The notes under the pieces were generated by a model. The model did no database searches and was not told where the DNA came from. It worked only from the letters and a program-made list of their open reading frames with translations. From an uncultured archaeon (lineage in GTDB: Archaea; Asgardarchaeota; Lokiarchaeia; Sigyniarchaeales; SOKP01), in the NCBI GenBank assembly GCA_964447495.1, contig CAYUTF010000003.1, positions 1-64,000 of the forward strand: 64,000 nucleotides of DNA. Reading direction: 5' to 3'. The position numbers and the translations under genes are program-made. Positions 48,863 through 60,112 of this stretch are shown here, in pieces. Positions within the stretch are counted from its first letter, which is position 1. Each line of letters starts with the position of its first letter.

Positions 48863-50848
48863 ATGCTCGACCTCGAAAAAGGAAAGTTTCCTATTATTAT
48901 AAAACCAAACTTAGGTCAACCGACTTTAATTAATTTAAGAGATTATAGAGATAAGAACGGCGTTTTCAACACAACTATAACATTAAACGCTATAGTCATT
49001 ACTATACCAAATTATCCAACTCAAAAAATATTAGAAGCTTTTTATTCAAATATTTTTATTCAACCTATTTTAAAAGATGATGGAGCTTTTTCTGAGAGAA
49101 GAGGCGAAAAAATTCCTTTGCAACCTATCCAAATAGAAGAATTAGAAGCTTTTGATTTCAATGATAAAAATATTTTGGAAGAAGAGAATTGTATATATTG
49201 GGATATTTATAATTCTTTACTCGAAGTTGAAGATGTTTTCGGTAAGAGAACTGAATTACATAAAATCACTTTTAAAATACAAAATGTAAATCAGATCGAA
49301 CAATTAATTGAAAATTCAGGAAGAGAATTCATTTTGTTTGATATCGTTCATGATATTCCTAATATGATGAAATCTAAGATAAATTATCATAGTGTTGCGA
49401 TTTATAAGAAGAATTGGAATGATTTTAACTTTATTCATGCTACAGATTTTCATATTGCGAGAAGAAATGATTTTATTATAAATTTCATAAAAGAAAAAGT
49501 TAAGATTAAAATTAAAAATCGCGCTAAACATCCAAAAAAGGTTATGAAAATTGATGATTTTATCTTACATCGAGACTTTGAATTCAAGAAAGGGTTCCAA
49601 GAAGGAAGATTAGATGAAATACAATATGCTAAACTAAATTTTAATTATAGTCTAAGAAAGTTGATTATTTTCATCAATGAGCAAGTATTACAGAATAATC
49701 TAGATTTTGTGCTCATGACTGGTGATTTAATTGATTATCTTAATATTGCTCGAGGAAATTTCCAGTATGAGAATAATTTTCATGTTTTTCTTGATATTAT
49801 CCTTGGAATAAATAGAAATTTAGATGTACCCCCTTTTCTAGGGCAAGATGATGAATTTGTGAACAAAAAAGAGATTTTAGCACCTATCTTCACTACAGTA
49901 GGAAATCATGATTATAGGAGTGATCATTATGGTATGAGGTTTGGTCAAATTCATAACATATTTGGCATGACTAGTTCCGATATTAAAGGATATTATGATA
50001 GTAAGTTTTTTAACTATTTTACAGCACTTCGCTCTCGACTTAAATATCTGAAAGATTATTTTAGATACTTAAATCCAAATCTTAATTTTAAAGTAAAAAT
50101 AGGAGACTCTTATAATTTCATTTTTCTTGACACGGGGGAAGATTCAATTGCAGATTTACATGATCTCTTAAAAGGGGGTCCAAGTACAAAAGGTATCAAA
50201 GAATATCAAGTTGATCTTCTTCGTGCATATATCCAATTAAGTCATGATGAGAAAATTATCATAGTTATGCATACACCTCCCATTGCTCCTAATTTAAGCT
50301 ATTTGAAACAAAGGAAATTTGCCAAACGATTTAAAATTAAAAAGAAAGATTTGAAATGGTCATATTTCTACGAAGAAAATTTAAAAATATATTATGAAAC
50401 TGGAAGATTAGATAAGATTTTAAATATGAAATATCAGACGATAATGTATAACTGGGGCACTCTTCTTAAAATTTTTACTGGATCAGATGATACGATTAGA
50501 AGGAAGGTAGATATGGTTATTTGTGGTCATACTCATACCTTAAAAGAATATCGCCTTAAAGAAGCAAAAGAGACTGATATTATCAATTTTGGATTTTGGC
50601 TTTTCCCGATTTATATCAAAATTCCGTGCGAAATGTATACTTCAAACTATAGTGAGAAATTTGATACATTCACAGATTTTGAAGACCTTAAAATTTGGTT
50701 TGATGTCAATAAACCATTTATATTCCAAACGCAAGCTACAGGTCCTATATCTGCCAAAAGTAAGTTTAAACCTCCTGGTTTTCGCTTTTTCAAGGTGAAA
50801 AAGAATCAAATTACCAATGCTGATATTTTTTCAATATTTTTAAAATAA
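48863..50848 (+). CDS. Calcineurin-like metallophosphoesterase
   Basis: HATDFH, TGDLID, GNHD, MH, CGHTH. Confidence 0.85.
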   Translation: MLDLEKGKFPIIIKPNLGQPTLINLRDYRDKNGVFNTTITLNAIVITIPNYPTQKILEAFYSNIFIQPILKDDGAFSERRGEKIPLQPIQIEELEAFDFNDKNILEEENCIYWDIYNSLLEVEDVFGKRTELHKITFKIQNVNQIEQLIENSGREFILFDIVHDIPNMMKSKINYHSVAIYKKNWNDFNFIHATDFHIARRNDFIINFIKEKVKIKIKNRAKHPKKVMKIDDFILHRDFEFKKGFQEGRLDEIQYAKLNFNYSLRKLIIFINEQVLQNNLDFVLMTGDLIDYLNIARGNFQYENNFHVFLDIILGINRNLDVPPFLGQDDEFVNKKEILAPIFTTVGNHDYRSDHYGMRFGQIHNIFGMTSSDIKGYYDSKFFNYFTALRSRLKYLKDYFRYLNPNLNFKVKIGDSYNFIFLDTGEDSIADLHDLLKGGPSTKGIKEYQVDLLRAYIQLSHDEKIIIVMHTPPIAPNLSYLKQRKFAKRFKIKKKDLKWSYFYEENLKIYYETGRLDKILNMKYQTIMYNWGTLLKIFTGSDDTIRRKVDMVICGHTHTLKEYRLKEAKETDIINFGFWLFPIYIKIPCEMYTSNYSEKFDTFTDFEDLKIWFDVNKPFIFQTQATGPISAKSKFKPPGFRFFKVKKNQITNADIFSIFLK

Positions 50849-50874
50849 ATTGGAATATAATTTCTTAAAATTTC

Positions 50875-51834
50875 TTATATTATTCTCATAAATTTTAAAA
50901 CTGTTTCATAGGTTGTATCTGGCATTGGTCCAAAATGCTGTACTTTTAACGCTCCGACCGCATTTGAAAAACGAGCAGCATCTAAAAGATTCCATCCCGC
51001 TAAATAACTGACAATAAAAGCCCCTCCAAAAGAGTCTCCTGCACCAGTGGGGTCAACTTCATTTACTTCATAGCTTGGTATATGTATAGGATTTTCATCT
51101 TTATTTGTATAAATAGTACAGCCTTTACTTCCTTGTTTAAGAAGTATAAGAGATATGTTTTTTTTTAATAAAGTATAACAAGCTTCTTCGAATCCCTCTC
51201 TTTGGGCTAGTGTTTCGGCTTCTTCTCTACTAGGTAATAAAATATCCGTATTTTTTAAGACTGGTTCACAAATTTGTAATATTTCTTCAATATCTAACAT
51301 TTCAGGGCGTATATTTGGATCAAATGATATTATAACTCTTGGATTTTCTTCTTTTGCTATTTTTATTGCCTTATAACATGCATCTCGAGAACTAGGACTT
51401 ATTGCTAACGAACTTCCCATAATATGTAAAACTTTAACATTTGAAAAATATGTTCTTTTTATATCTTCAGGTGAAAGATCTCCTGCGGCTCCTGCTGCAA
51501 AAATAAATTTACGCGTCCCATCAGAATTATATTGATTAAAAGCAATTCCAGTCGTTTTAGTGGTATCAATTCTAATTTGAGAAATATCGACCCCATCTAT
51601 TTGAAGTTTATTTATAATACATTCACCGAATGCGTCATTTCCTACAACACCAATATATCCTGTGGAAAAATTGAAAGGTCTAGACATCCGCGCAGCGGAA
51701 TCTATAAAGATAGCCGGAGCCCCACTTGGATACGGTCCTTTATAAATTGAACCAACCTTACTGTGAGGAATATTAACATCTTTACGCATAATTTCGACTA
51801 ATAATTCTCCAAAAGAGATAATATTTGGTGACAT
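50875..51834 (-). CDS. PfkB-family sugar kinase
   Basis: SGAPA, VGNDAFG, FDPNIR, DPTGAGDSF. Confidence 0.93.
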   Translation of the reverse strand: MSPNIISFGELLVEIMRKDVNIPHSKVGSIYKGPYPSGAPAIFIDSAARMSRPFNFSTGYIGVVGNDAFGECIINKLQIDGVDISQIRIDTTKTTGIAFNQYNSDGTRKFIFAAGAAGDLSPEDIKRTYFSNVKVLHIMGSSLAISPSSRDACYKAIKIAKEENPRVIISFDPNIRPEMLDIEEILQICEPVLKNTDILLPSREEAETLAQREGFEEACYTLLKKNISLILLKQGSKGCTIYTNKDENPIHIPSYEVNEVDPTGAGDSFGGAFIVSYLAGWNLLDAARFSNAVGALKVQHFGPMPDTTYETVLKFMRII

Positions 51835-52016
51835 TATTATGAGATAATATAGATAAATAGAGATATAATTAAAAAGGAAGAAAAAAGTAATAAAACTTAT
51901 TTTATATTTTTAACCATTGTTTTTACTAATCCAATTTTCATAATCAAGTGAATAGTTATAAATTCAGCAACATTCAATATTATATTATAAATTTTAAATA
52001 TACAAGGGTTTAGAAA

Positions 52017-53051
52017 GTGGTATTAGAGACAAAATTAACATCTATGTTTGATATTAAATATCCAATAGTTGCCGCTCCTATGGGGCCTTTTTATACTACA
52101 GAATTAACTGTGGCTGTGTCTGAAGCGGGCGGATTAGGAGTTTTAAGTCATACCAACTTATTTGGTAAAAGTAGCTTAAAAGAAATGAAAGATAATATGG
52201 AGTATGTAATTGAACATACCGATAAACCATTCGGATTCAATATTCGGACTGCAAGGCTTCAAATTGATGCGGCTACTCTCTGTAGAGTAATCCCTAAATT
52301 CATAAGTAATAATCCAAAATTAAGAGAGCAGTGTGTTTATGTTGTTACAAGCGCAGGTACACCTAAAATGATGCAAAATGGTTCCTTTAGAAGATTAAAG
52401 GAAACAGGCTCCCAAATTAAACATTTTCATGTAGCACCCGCACTTTGGTTAGCAGATAAGTGTGTAAGTGCAGGAGTTGATGGTGTTGTAGTAACGGGAT
52501 GGGAAGGAGGAGGGCATCAATCTTATGAAAAAATAAGTACTTTAGTTCTTTTGCAACAGGTTAAAAATAAGTACCCTAACATTCCATTAATTGCATGTGG
52601 GGGGTTCGCTAGCGGAGAAGGATTAGCATCAGCTCTAGCTATGGGCGCTGATGGTGTTGCAATGGGATCACGATTTATCGCATCAAAAGAAAGTGAATTT
52701 CATGCAAAATATAAAAATGTTATTCCTGATGCAAAAGCAAGCGATACTGTGTATGTTACAGGTGTCTTAGGTCCAATCCGATTATGGAAAAATGAGTATT
52801 CATTGCACCATGGAGTTATTTCAAGTAAAGAGGAGAAATTATCTGAAGAAACTCAATTAACACCCGAGAAAGCATTGGAGGACCAAAAACATTATGAGAT
52901 GACATATGAGGGAAATATTACGGATGGAGCAGTTCTATTAGGGCAGAGCATAGGCGCTATTGATTCCATCGAAAGTTGCAAAGATATAATTGAAAATATT
53001 GTCAAAATTGCTGAAAAACGTTTAAGTGAGTCCTATAGGTATATTCATTAA
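52017..53051 (+). CDS. Nitronate monooxygenase / FabK-like FMN oxidoreductase
   Basis: YPIVAAPM, AVSEAGGLG, EGGGH, IACGG, GADGVAMGSRF. Confidence 0.9.
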   Translation: MVLETKLTSMFDIKYPIVAAPMGPFYTTELTVAVSEAGGLGVLSHTNLFGKSSLKEMKDNMEYVIEHTDKPFGFNIRTARLQIDAATLCRVIPKFISNNPKLREQCVYVVTSAGTPKMMQNGSFRRLKETGSQIKHFHVAPALWLADKCVSAGVDGVVVTGWEGGGHQSYEKISTLVLLQQVKNKYPNIPLIACGGFASGEGLASALAMGADGVAMGSRFIASKESEFHAKYKNVIPDAKASDTVYVTGVLGPIRLWKNEYSLHHGVISSKEEKLSEETQLTPEKALEDQKHYEMTYEGNITDGAVLLGQSIGAIDSIESCKDIIENIVKIAEKRLSESYRYIH

Positions 53052-53125
53052 GAAATTATAAAGCTTTAATACTTCCTTTTTTTAATAATAATACAATAAT
53101 CTATGAAATACATAATGAATTAAGG

Positions 53126-53365
53126 ATGAATGCAAAAAAAAAAATCAAATTGATTAGCGAAGTATTAGATCGATATGATGAGGGGGTATGTTTTTACTGT
53201 GGAAGTACATTAAATGGAGATTTAGAAGCAGATGAATTTGATGATGGATACTCTCCAGATTGGTGCCCCGATTGTTGTAAAAACATAGATCCTCATGATG
53301 ATTGGGATGAGGCATGCCTGGATGCAATAGATAAGGTAATTCATAATGATCCTTTCGAAGCTTAG
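53126..53365 (+). CDS. Small acidic Zn-finger protein
   Basis: CFYC...WCPDC; D/E-rich. Confidence 0.65.
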   Translation: MNAKKKIKLISEVLDRYDEGVCFYCGSTLNGDLEADEFDDGYSPDWCPDCCKNIDPHDDWDEACLDAIDKVIHNDPFEA

Positions 53366-53533
53366 CCATTATTTAATTTTAAACTGTTTTTGCATCAAAA
53401 GATATCATTGAAAAATAAAATTTAGTCTTTTTATGAATTGTTATTAATAGCATAGAACTTAATTATTTGAAAAATCATAGTTAAAATAGAGAGATATACT
53501 TATTAATTTGTCGAATATTTAAGAGGTAAATTA

Positions 53534-54967
53534 ATTATCAGAACTACTCTTCCATTAATTTGTACACAATGTCGCAAAGAATATGACGTTAGTACTATAT
53601 TGTATAAATGCCCTGAATGTAATGGAGTATTATGGATAAGTACAGATATAGACGGATATAAAGAACAATTTTCAAAAATAACAACTATCACTAAATTCTG
53701 GGATATGCATTTTACTTTACCTGAAATCAACTCTGAATATATCACAAGCTTAAAAGAGGGGGGAACTCCTTGTAAAGATTCTGATAAAATTGGAGAGAGT
53801 TTAGGCTTAAAGAATTTAAGTTTTAAAAATGAAATCGAAAATCCAACCAATTCATTTAAAGACCGAGTTGGGGCATTATTAGTGTCTCATGCTAGAAGTT
53901 GGGCTTATACTAAGATAATTTGCGCTTCTAATGGAAATCAGGGCGCATCAATTGCCGCTTATAGCTCCTTAGAAGGAATGAAATGTATTAACCTTATACC
54001 AAATAAAATTGATATTGGTAAAAGAGCACAGATGATTGCCTATAATTCAGAAATTATAATTAAAGGATATCTTGTAGATGAGACTATTATTCATGCATTA
54101 GACAAGAAGTATCAAAATTTTTATCAAGCCACACCCGTATATAATCCACTTACAATTGAGGCCCAAAAAACGATAGCTTTTGAAATTTATAAACAGAAAG
54201 CTGTACCTGATTGGATAATTATTCCAATGGGAAGTGGAGCGTTGTTAGTTAGCTTATGGAAGGGCTTTAATGAATTAAAACAGTCAGATATTATCAAAAC
54301 TGTCCCAAAACTAGTTGGAGTACAATCAGAGTTATCTTCACCCATTGTAGATGAATTTATGAATAAAGAGAATATGGTTGCATTACAGAAAGACATCAGA
54401 AATTCACATGCTTTAGGAATTTTAGTACGAGACCCAATGTACAAAAAACTAGTAATTAAATTGATAAAAGAATGCAATGGAACCGTTATAGCCATTCCTG
54501 AAGATTTAATTGTTTCATCTGTTGATGAATTAGTAAGAACTGAAGGTATTTTTGCAGAACCATCATCTGCATTGACTTTAGCTGCAGTGCATGAATTAAA
54601 TCAAAATGATATCTTTGATAAAGGTGATGAAATAGTGTGTCTTATAACTGGAAGCGGTTTAAAAGCGCCTTATATCTTAGAGGCAATTTCTTCGCAAACA
54701 ACTACTTCAGGGAAGGGATCAATAATAATTACCAAATTAAAAATTTTGTCTCAGATTTCCTTATCAAGTTTTAAAGGTATAAGTGGTACCAAAATTAAAG
54801 AACTAATGAGTTCTATCAGTTTAGCCGCAGTTTACCAACACTTGTACGATTTAGAAACTAAAGGTTTGATTTATCGTAAGAAAGAGGGAAAAAATGTATT
54901 ATATTTCATAACGGAGACAGGCAAAAGGATTTTAGATGCATTAGATATTCTGCTTACTCTAATATAA
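53534..54967 (+). CDS. thrC: Threonine synthase with N-terminal Zn ribbon and C-terminal winged-helix domain
   Basis: EGGTP, NPTNSFKDR (PLP Lys), ASNGN, PMGSG, EPSSA, TGSGLK; C-term AVYQHLYDLETKGLI...YFITETG. The frame extends upstream of TTG 53600 to include CTQC; start inferred. Confidence 0.85.
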   Translation: MIRTTLPLICTQCRKEYDVSTILYKCPECNGVLWISTDIDGYKEQFSKITTITKFWDMHFTLPEINSEYITSLKEGGTPCKDSDKIGESLGLKNLSFKNEIENPTNSFKDRVGALLVSHARSWAYTKIICASNGNQGASIAAYSSLEGMKCINLIPNKIDIGKRAQMIAYNSEIIIKGYLVDETIIHALDKKYQNFYQATPVYNPLTIEAQKTIAFEIYKQKAVPDWIIIPMGSGALLVSLWKGFNELKQSDIIKTVPKLVGVQSELSSPIVDEFMNKENMVALQKDIRNSHALGILVRDPMYKKLVIKLIKECNGTVIAIPEDLIVSSVDELVRTEGIFAEPSSALTLAAVHELNQNDIFDKGDEIVCLITGSGLKAPYILEAISSQTTTSGKGSIIITKLKILSQISLSSFKGISGTKIKELMSSISLAAVYQHLYDLETKGLIYRKKEGKNVLYFITETGKRILDALDILLTLI

Positions 54968-54990
54968 CTTATTTTTCTATAACTTACGTA

Positions 54991-55590
54991 TTATGAAATG
55001 AATATCTTATCAAATGCCTGTGGGAGATTTGTTATAATATTTTTTCGAAAAGTTATGTCAAAAATAATAGTTGCAAGTGCTGCTAATCCAAATTGAATTG
55101 CACCGTTGAAGATTGATTCGATTAAAGCTGCGGCAGGTCCATAAAAGATCATCTCTACAATAAAATATCCTAAAACCATAATTGAACCCCCAATAATTAT
55201 CGCAATAATATCTCGATAGTTAAATTTTTGATTGTATTTTCTTGGATTAGCAATTAATCCTACGATAAATCCTTCTAATCCCTTAATTATTAAAGTAGGC
55301 AGAGCATATTGGGGTGCTAAAAATAAATCTGTTAATGCCGAACCGAACCCTCCAGCAATACCTCCAATTATTGGTCCAAATAAACTCCCTGTTATCATTA
55401 CACCTATATCTCCAAGATTAATATAACCATTTGTAGCTGGAATGGTAATTGGGACAAAAAATGTCAAAATACACGTTAATGCTGCAAAAAGTGCTATGAT
55501 AGATATAACTATCGAGTTTTTAGGCAAAAAATAACCCTTAAAGGTTTTAATTTTCATAAGATTATCCATTTCAGTAATTATTAACACCAT
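54991..55590 (-). CDS. ECF transporter S component
   Basis: ALFAAL, GYINLGD, FGP..G..AGG.GS...D, TLIIKGLEG. Confidence 0.9.
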   Translation of the reverse strand: MVLIITEMDNLMKIKTFKGYFLPKNSIVISIIALFAALTCILTFFVPITIPATNGYINLGDIGVMITGSLFGPIIGGIAGGFGSALTDLFLAPQYALPTLIIKGLEGFIVGLIANPRKYNQKFNYRDIIAIIIGGSIMVLGYFIVEMIFYGPAAALIESIFNGAIQFGLAALATIIFDITFRKNIITNLPQAFDKIFIS

Positions 55591-55871
55591 ATTTTATTTC
55601 TAGGATTCAACTTATATAATATTTCATTCTTATTTAAAACTTATTACAATTTGTTTCATGCCTTACTGGTTTATGATTAAGAAAAAAAAGGGTGGAATTA
55701 TTGAAACAATTTAATACACAATTGGATAATGTTAAGGATTAATAATATAGGGCTATTTGCTAATACTAGACAAAATAAAGATATAAATTCATTTAGTTGT
55801 ATTATAATTAAGATAATTTATTTCAATTAAATTAATAATTTTCAAAGAATTTATAAGGTGAAGTTTTTAAT

Positions 55872-57422
55872 ATGGTAAACGATAACCATGAAAGTAATCA
55901 GCTTAATATAGAATATTTGAACCAAATAAAAGATGGCGTTTTTAATACTTTAGTAAATGAATTCCCTGACATAGTACTAATTTTCGATGAAGAAGGTAGG
56001 ATAGTATATGTTTCGAGAAATACTTTTTCTTATTTTGATATTCAAACCGAAAATGGACTACTAGGAAAAAACTTTCAAGAATTAGCAACCTCAGACTATA
56101 AAGAGAAAATTAAAAAAGATTTAAATCAAGCAAAAGAGGGTAAAAGCCTAAGTATGTTTGAATATGAATTTTATGGAAGAAATGGATCTAAATTCATTGG
56201 AGAATTAAGCTTAAGTCACTTCATTCATCAGAAAGATAATAAAAAATATTTTTTAGGGATAATTAGGGATATTACTAATCAAAAAATCATTGAAATTGAA
56301 TTAAGAGAAAATAAGCAAATGTTACAATTGGTAATGGATAATATCCCACAATTGATATCTTGGAAAGATGTCAATTCTACATATTTAGGATGCAATAAAA
56401 ATTTTGCTCGCATAGCTGGATTAAATAACCCAGTAGATATTATAGGGAAAACTGATTATGAGTTACCATGGAAAATTAGTGAAGCGGAATCTTTCTTTGA
56501 AACCGATCAATTAGTAATAAATACCAATAAACCAGAATATCATATTATTGAGCCTCAGCTTCAAGCTGATGGAAAGCAGGCATGGTTAGACACAAATAAG
56601 ATACCATTACATAATTCTAAAGAAGAAGTTGTGGGCATTATATGTACTTATGAAGATATTACTGAACGAGTAAATTCAGATACAGCATTAAAAAATTCAG
56701 AATTGAAATATAAAGAAGCATATAATCGAGCAGAATTTTATAAAGATGTATTTGCTCACGATGTGAGTAATATTCTCCAAGGAATTTTATTTTCAGTGGA
56801 ACTATGTCGATATAATTCGAAAGAATCAAGAAAAGTTAAAGACTTAGAAAATTTCTTTGATATCATTGAAGACCAAGTTAGTCGAGGAGCGAATCTAGTT
56901 TCAAATGTAAGAAAGATATCTTCTATCGATGATATTGGGAGTAAGTTAGAAAAAGTAGAAGTATGCAATCTATTGAACGTCTCAATCGAAAACATAAAAA
57001 AAAGTTTTTCGAAAAGAAAAATAACTTTTTCATTAAAAAAAAAATATGAATATTTATACGTTCAAGCTAATCATTTAATATTAGATATTTTCAATAATAT
57101 TCTTTATAATGCTGTAAAACATAATAAAAGGCCAACTGTAAAAATAGCAATAGATATAACTAAAAAATTTATCGAAAATGAATCGGTCATCAAATTAGAA
57201 TTCAAGGATAACGGTTTTGGCATTCCAGATGCTCAAAAATTGAGTATTTTTGAACGAAATACAATAGAATCAAAAAACTTTAATCGCATAGGCTTAGGTT
57301 TATCTTTAGTGAAAAGGTTAATTGAAAATTATAATGGCGAAATTTGGGTAGAAGATAGAATTGAAGGAGATTATACTCAAGGGAGTAATTTTGTGATACT
57401 TATAAGAGAATATATAGATTAG
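55872..57422 (+). CDS. Soluble PAS-PAS sensor histidine kinase
   Basis: Two PAS/PAC domains (RDIT, EDITER); H-box AHDVSN; N-box NILYNAVKH; DNGFGI; GLGLSLV; GSNF. Confidence 0.93.
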   Translation: MVNDNHESNQLNIEYLNQIKDGVFNTLVNEFPDIVLIFDEEGRIVYVSRNTFSYFDIQTENGLLGKNFQELATSDYKEKIKKDLNQAKEGKSLSMFEYEFYGRNGSKFIGELSLSHFIHQKDNKKYFLGIIRDITNQKIIEIELRENKQMLQLVMDNIPQLISWKDVNSTYLGCNKNFARIAGLNNPVDIIGKTDYELPWKISEAESFFETDQLVINTNKPEYHIIEPQLQADGKQAWLDTNKIPLHNSKEEVVGIICTYEDITERVNSDTALKNSELKYKEAYNRAEFYKDVFAHDVSNILQGILFSVELCRYNSKESRKVKDLENFFDIIEDQVSRGANLVSNVRKISSIDDIGSKLEKVEVCNLLNVSIENIKKSFSKRKITFSLKKKYEYLYVQANHLILDIFNNILYNAVKHNKRPTVKIAIDITKKFIENESVIKLEFKDNGFGIPDAQKLSIFERNTIESKNFNRIGLGLSLVKRLIENYNGEIWVEDRIEGDYTQGSNFVILIREYID

Positions 57423-57497
57423 AACCTTTCAATCAGTAATAATAAGTTATCAACATTTCAACTAAACTTATTTAATCCTATAAATTACATAATATTA

Positions 57498-60089
57498 ATG
57501 TATGTAATCTTAAGAAATTTTACTAAAAAAGATATTTCAGAGAACGAAGATTATTTAATACCAAAACCTATTCATTTTAAAAAAAAGAATTCTCATCGTT
57601 TAGAAATCTCTGAGAAGATTGAAGTCAAAACAAATCTTTCAGAAGATTTACTTTATTTGATTGATGACTTTTTTGAAGTTTTATTTCAGAGTGAATTCCA
57701 AGATAGATTTGACATAAAAATCATAAATGATAGTGAGCCTTTAAATTTTGATCATATTCATTCTTTGATTAAAAATAATTTCCCGAAGTTAAATTATAAT
57801 GATCTTCTACTTAGTAACAACTGGATGGAGCAAGGTTATCTATTGAATTGTGACGATTCTCAAGTGTATATATATTCAGAGACACCGCAAGGTTTGTTCT
57901 ATGGACTTCAAACTTTATTGCAATTATTTAATTCTAATGATATGAAATCATCAGTAAATTCAGTTATAATCTTAGATTATCCATTATTGAAAATAAGGGG
58001 CATTTCTGATGATATTTCAAGAGGTCAAGCACCAAAGATTTCTAATTTGAAAAAATTCATTAAAATTCTGAGTCATTATAAGATAAATCAATATTATTTA
58101 GTCTATATACAGGATATGTATCAATTTCGAAATCATCCTAATATCGGAAAAGACCGTGGAGCTTATTCTAAAGAAGAAGTAGAGGATTTATTTAATTATG
58201 CAAAGAAATATTTTGTTGATTTAATCCCTATTTTTCAAACTACTGGTCACTGGGATAACATTTTACATCAAAAAGAATATTGGGAATATGGAGAATTCCC
58301 CGGTTCCAATAGTTTGAATATAGCTAATCCAAAAATTTATGATCTATTAGATGAAATGATTGGAGAATTAAGAGAAAGTTTTAAATCCGATTATTTCCAC
58401 ATCGCAGCTGATGAAAGTTGGGACGTCGGAAAATTAGCTTCAAAAGAATATATTAAACAATATGGTATTGGTCAAGCATACTTGAATCATTATAAAAAGA
58501 TTTATGACATTGCTAAAAGCCATGGCTATAAAAAGATATTGATCTATCATGATATTCTATATAAATACGATGAAGTACTTAAAGGGTTGCCAAAAGACAT
58601 GATAATAATGTATTGGGAATATAACCCAAAGAAAAAGCATCCCGTTGTTGATAAAATTAAAGAATTCAATTTCGATTTTGTTGTAAGTCCTAGTATTATG
58701 GATTTCAATAGATTATTTCCTTCCATTAGTAAAGCAGAAAAGAATATCCTAGATCTTACACACTATGGATATCAAAAGGGATGTGTTGGAGAAATCACTT
58801 CAAGTTGGGGCGATTACAATAACAAAGAGATAAGAGAAAATCGAATTTATGGATTTATTTTTTCCGGTGTAGTTGGTTGGAGTCTTTTAAAATCTTTAGA
58901 TATAATGTATTTTTGGCAATCATTATTAATTCAATTTTTTGGGACGTGCAATATGAAATATTTGAAAATTTTTTCTATCATCAGATCAATACAAGACAAA
59001 AAAAGCTTACATTTTCGAGATTCATCTTATTATAACCATTTTTTCAGCCATCCATATAACAAAAAACGCTCTTCTTATCGAAAAAGTTTAAAAATTACTA
59101 ACTTTCATAAACTTCTTTTAGATCTTGACAAAATTCTTATGTTTTGTGAAGAATTATGGGAAAAAGAAATAAAACACAAAGAAAATATTCGTAACTTAGC
59201 TTTTATAGCTAAACATATCAAATTTTTATGCAACAAACGTATTAATTCAAAAAGAATGGTGTCGTTTTTCCCAGAAAGAGCTAATCTTAAATTTATAAAT
59301 ATGTATATTGAGGAAATCGAATCTTTAAAAACTAATCTAAAGGAATTACTTAAGGAATATGAGCTATTATGGAATAATTGCGCTCAACATTATGGTTTTG
59401 ATTTAATCAAGCAGAAATATCTTTGGTTATGTAAGTTTTATGATGATATGTTATTAAAAATTGAAAAGAAACTACCATGGAAGAATCCTAACATTCCTAG
59501 TGAAACTATTTATTTAGATGCGAAAAAAAGACATACCATTTATTGTACATATTATTCAAAAGATTTTTTTATTAAAGATGATATTGAGAATGCAAACTTA
59601 CAAGTAGTAGCAGGGAGTTTTGCTAAAATTTATGTAAATAACTCTTATGCAGGATATGTCATTACAAGAAATTCTCTTAATTATATAATGAATGAAAACA
59701 ACATAAAAATATTTAATATTAAAAAATATCTTCACACAGGAGAAAATAATATCCTTATTGAAAATAGCGATTTTGAGGGAGGACTCTGTCTTCTTAATAT
59801 CTATGGTGAGATAAATTTAGTCTCTGGTAAAAAGTGTGTAATAATTACCGATAAGAGTTGGAAAGGAACTCGCAGTATGGAATTCGCTTGGAAAGGTGTA
59901 AAAAGTTTAGGGAAGCCACCTAAATTTATAGGGGGTATAGGTTATCCTGATTTTACAAAGGGAATACCCTCATCTAAATCAGATTATATTGCTCAGTATA
60001 ACTATTTAGTCGGGAAAATTTCAAAGAAATTTTATATTCTACTGAAATTAGCTTTCAAGTTAATCCATCGATATGATTTACTAGAATAA
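57498..60089 (+). CDS. GH20 beta-N-acetylhexosaminidase
   Basis: [38 protein letters not shown] catalytic pair. Confidence 0.88.
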   Translation: MYVILRNFTKKDISENEDYLIPKPIHFKKKNSHRLEISEKIEVKTNLSEDLLYLIDDFFEVLFQSEFQDRFDIKIINDSEPLNFDHIHSLIKNNFPKLNYNDLLLSNNWMEQGYLLNCDDSQVYIYSETPQGLFYGLQTLLQLFNSNDMKSSVNSVIILDYPLLKIRGISDDISRGQAPKISNLKKFIKILSHYKINQYYLVYIQDMYQFRNHPNIGKDRGAYSKEEVEDLFNYAKKYFVDLIPIFQTTGHWDNILHQKEYWEYGEFPGSNSLNIANPKIYDLLDEMIGELRESFKSDYFHIAADESWDVGKLASKEYIKQYGIGQAYLNHYKKIYDIAKSHGYKKILIYHDILYKYDEVLKGLPKDMIIMYWEYNPKKKHPVVDKIKEFNFDFVVSPSIMDFNRLFPSISKAEKNILDLTHYGYQKGCVGEITSSWGDYNNKEIRENRIYGFIFSGVVGWSLLKSLDIMYFWQSLLIQFFGTCNMKYLKIFSIIRSIQDKKSLHFRDSSYYNHFFSHPYNKKRSSYRKSLKITNFHKLLLDLDKILMFCEELWEKEIKHKENIRNLAFIAKHIKFLCNKRINSKRMVSFFPERANLKFINMYIEEIESLKTNLKELLKEYELLWNNCAQHYGFDLIKQKYLWLCKFYDDMLLKIEKKLPWKNPNIPSETIYLDAKKRHTIYCTYYSKDFFIKDDIENANLQVVAGSFAKIYVNNSYAGYVITRNSLNYIMNENNIKIFNIKKYLHTGENNILIENSDFEGGLCLLNIYGEINLVSGKKCVIITDKSWKGTRSMEFAWKGVKSLGKPPKFIGGIGYPDFTKGIPSSKSDYIAQYNYLVGKISKKFYILLKLAFKLIHRYDLLE

Positions 60090-60112
60090 ATAAAAATAAT
60101 AAAAAATAAAGA

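Noticed and set aside
55590-55872. Possible riboswitch upstream of the ECF S-component gene
   Set aside because: Very AT-rich, with no TPP/FMN/cobalamin/SAM consensus or stable stems visible.
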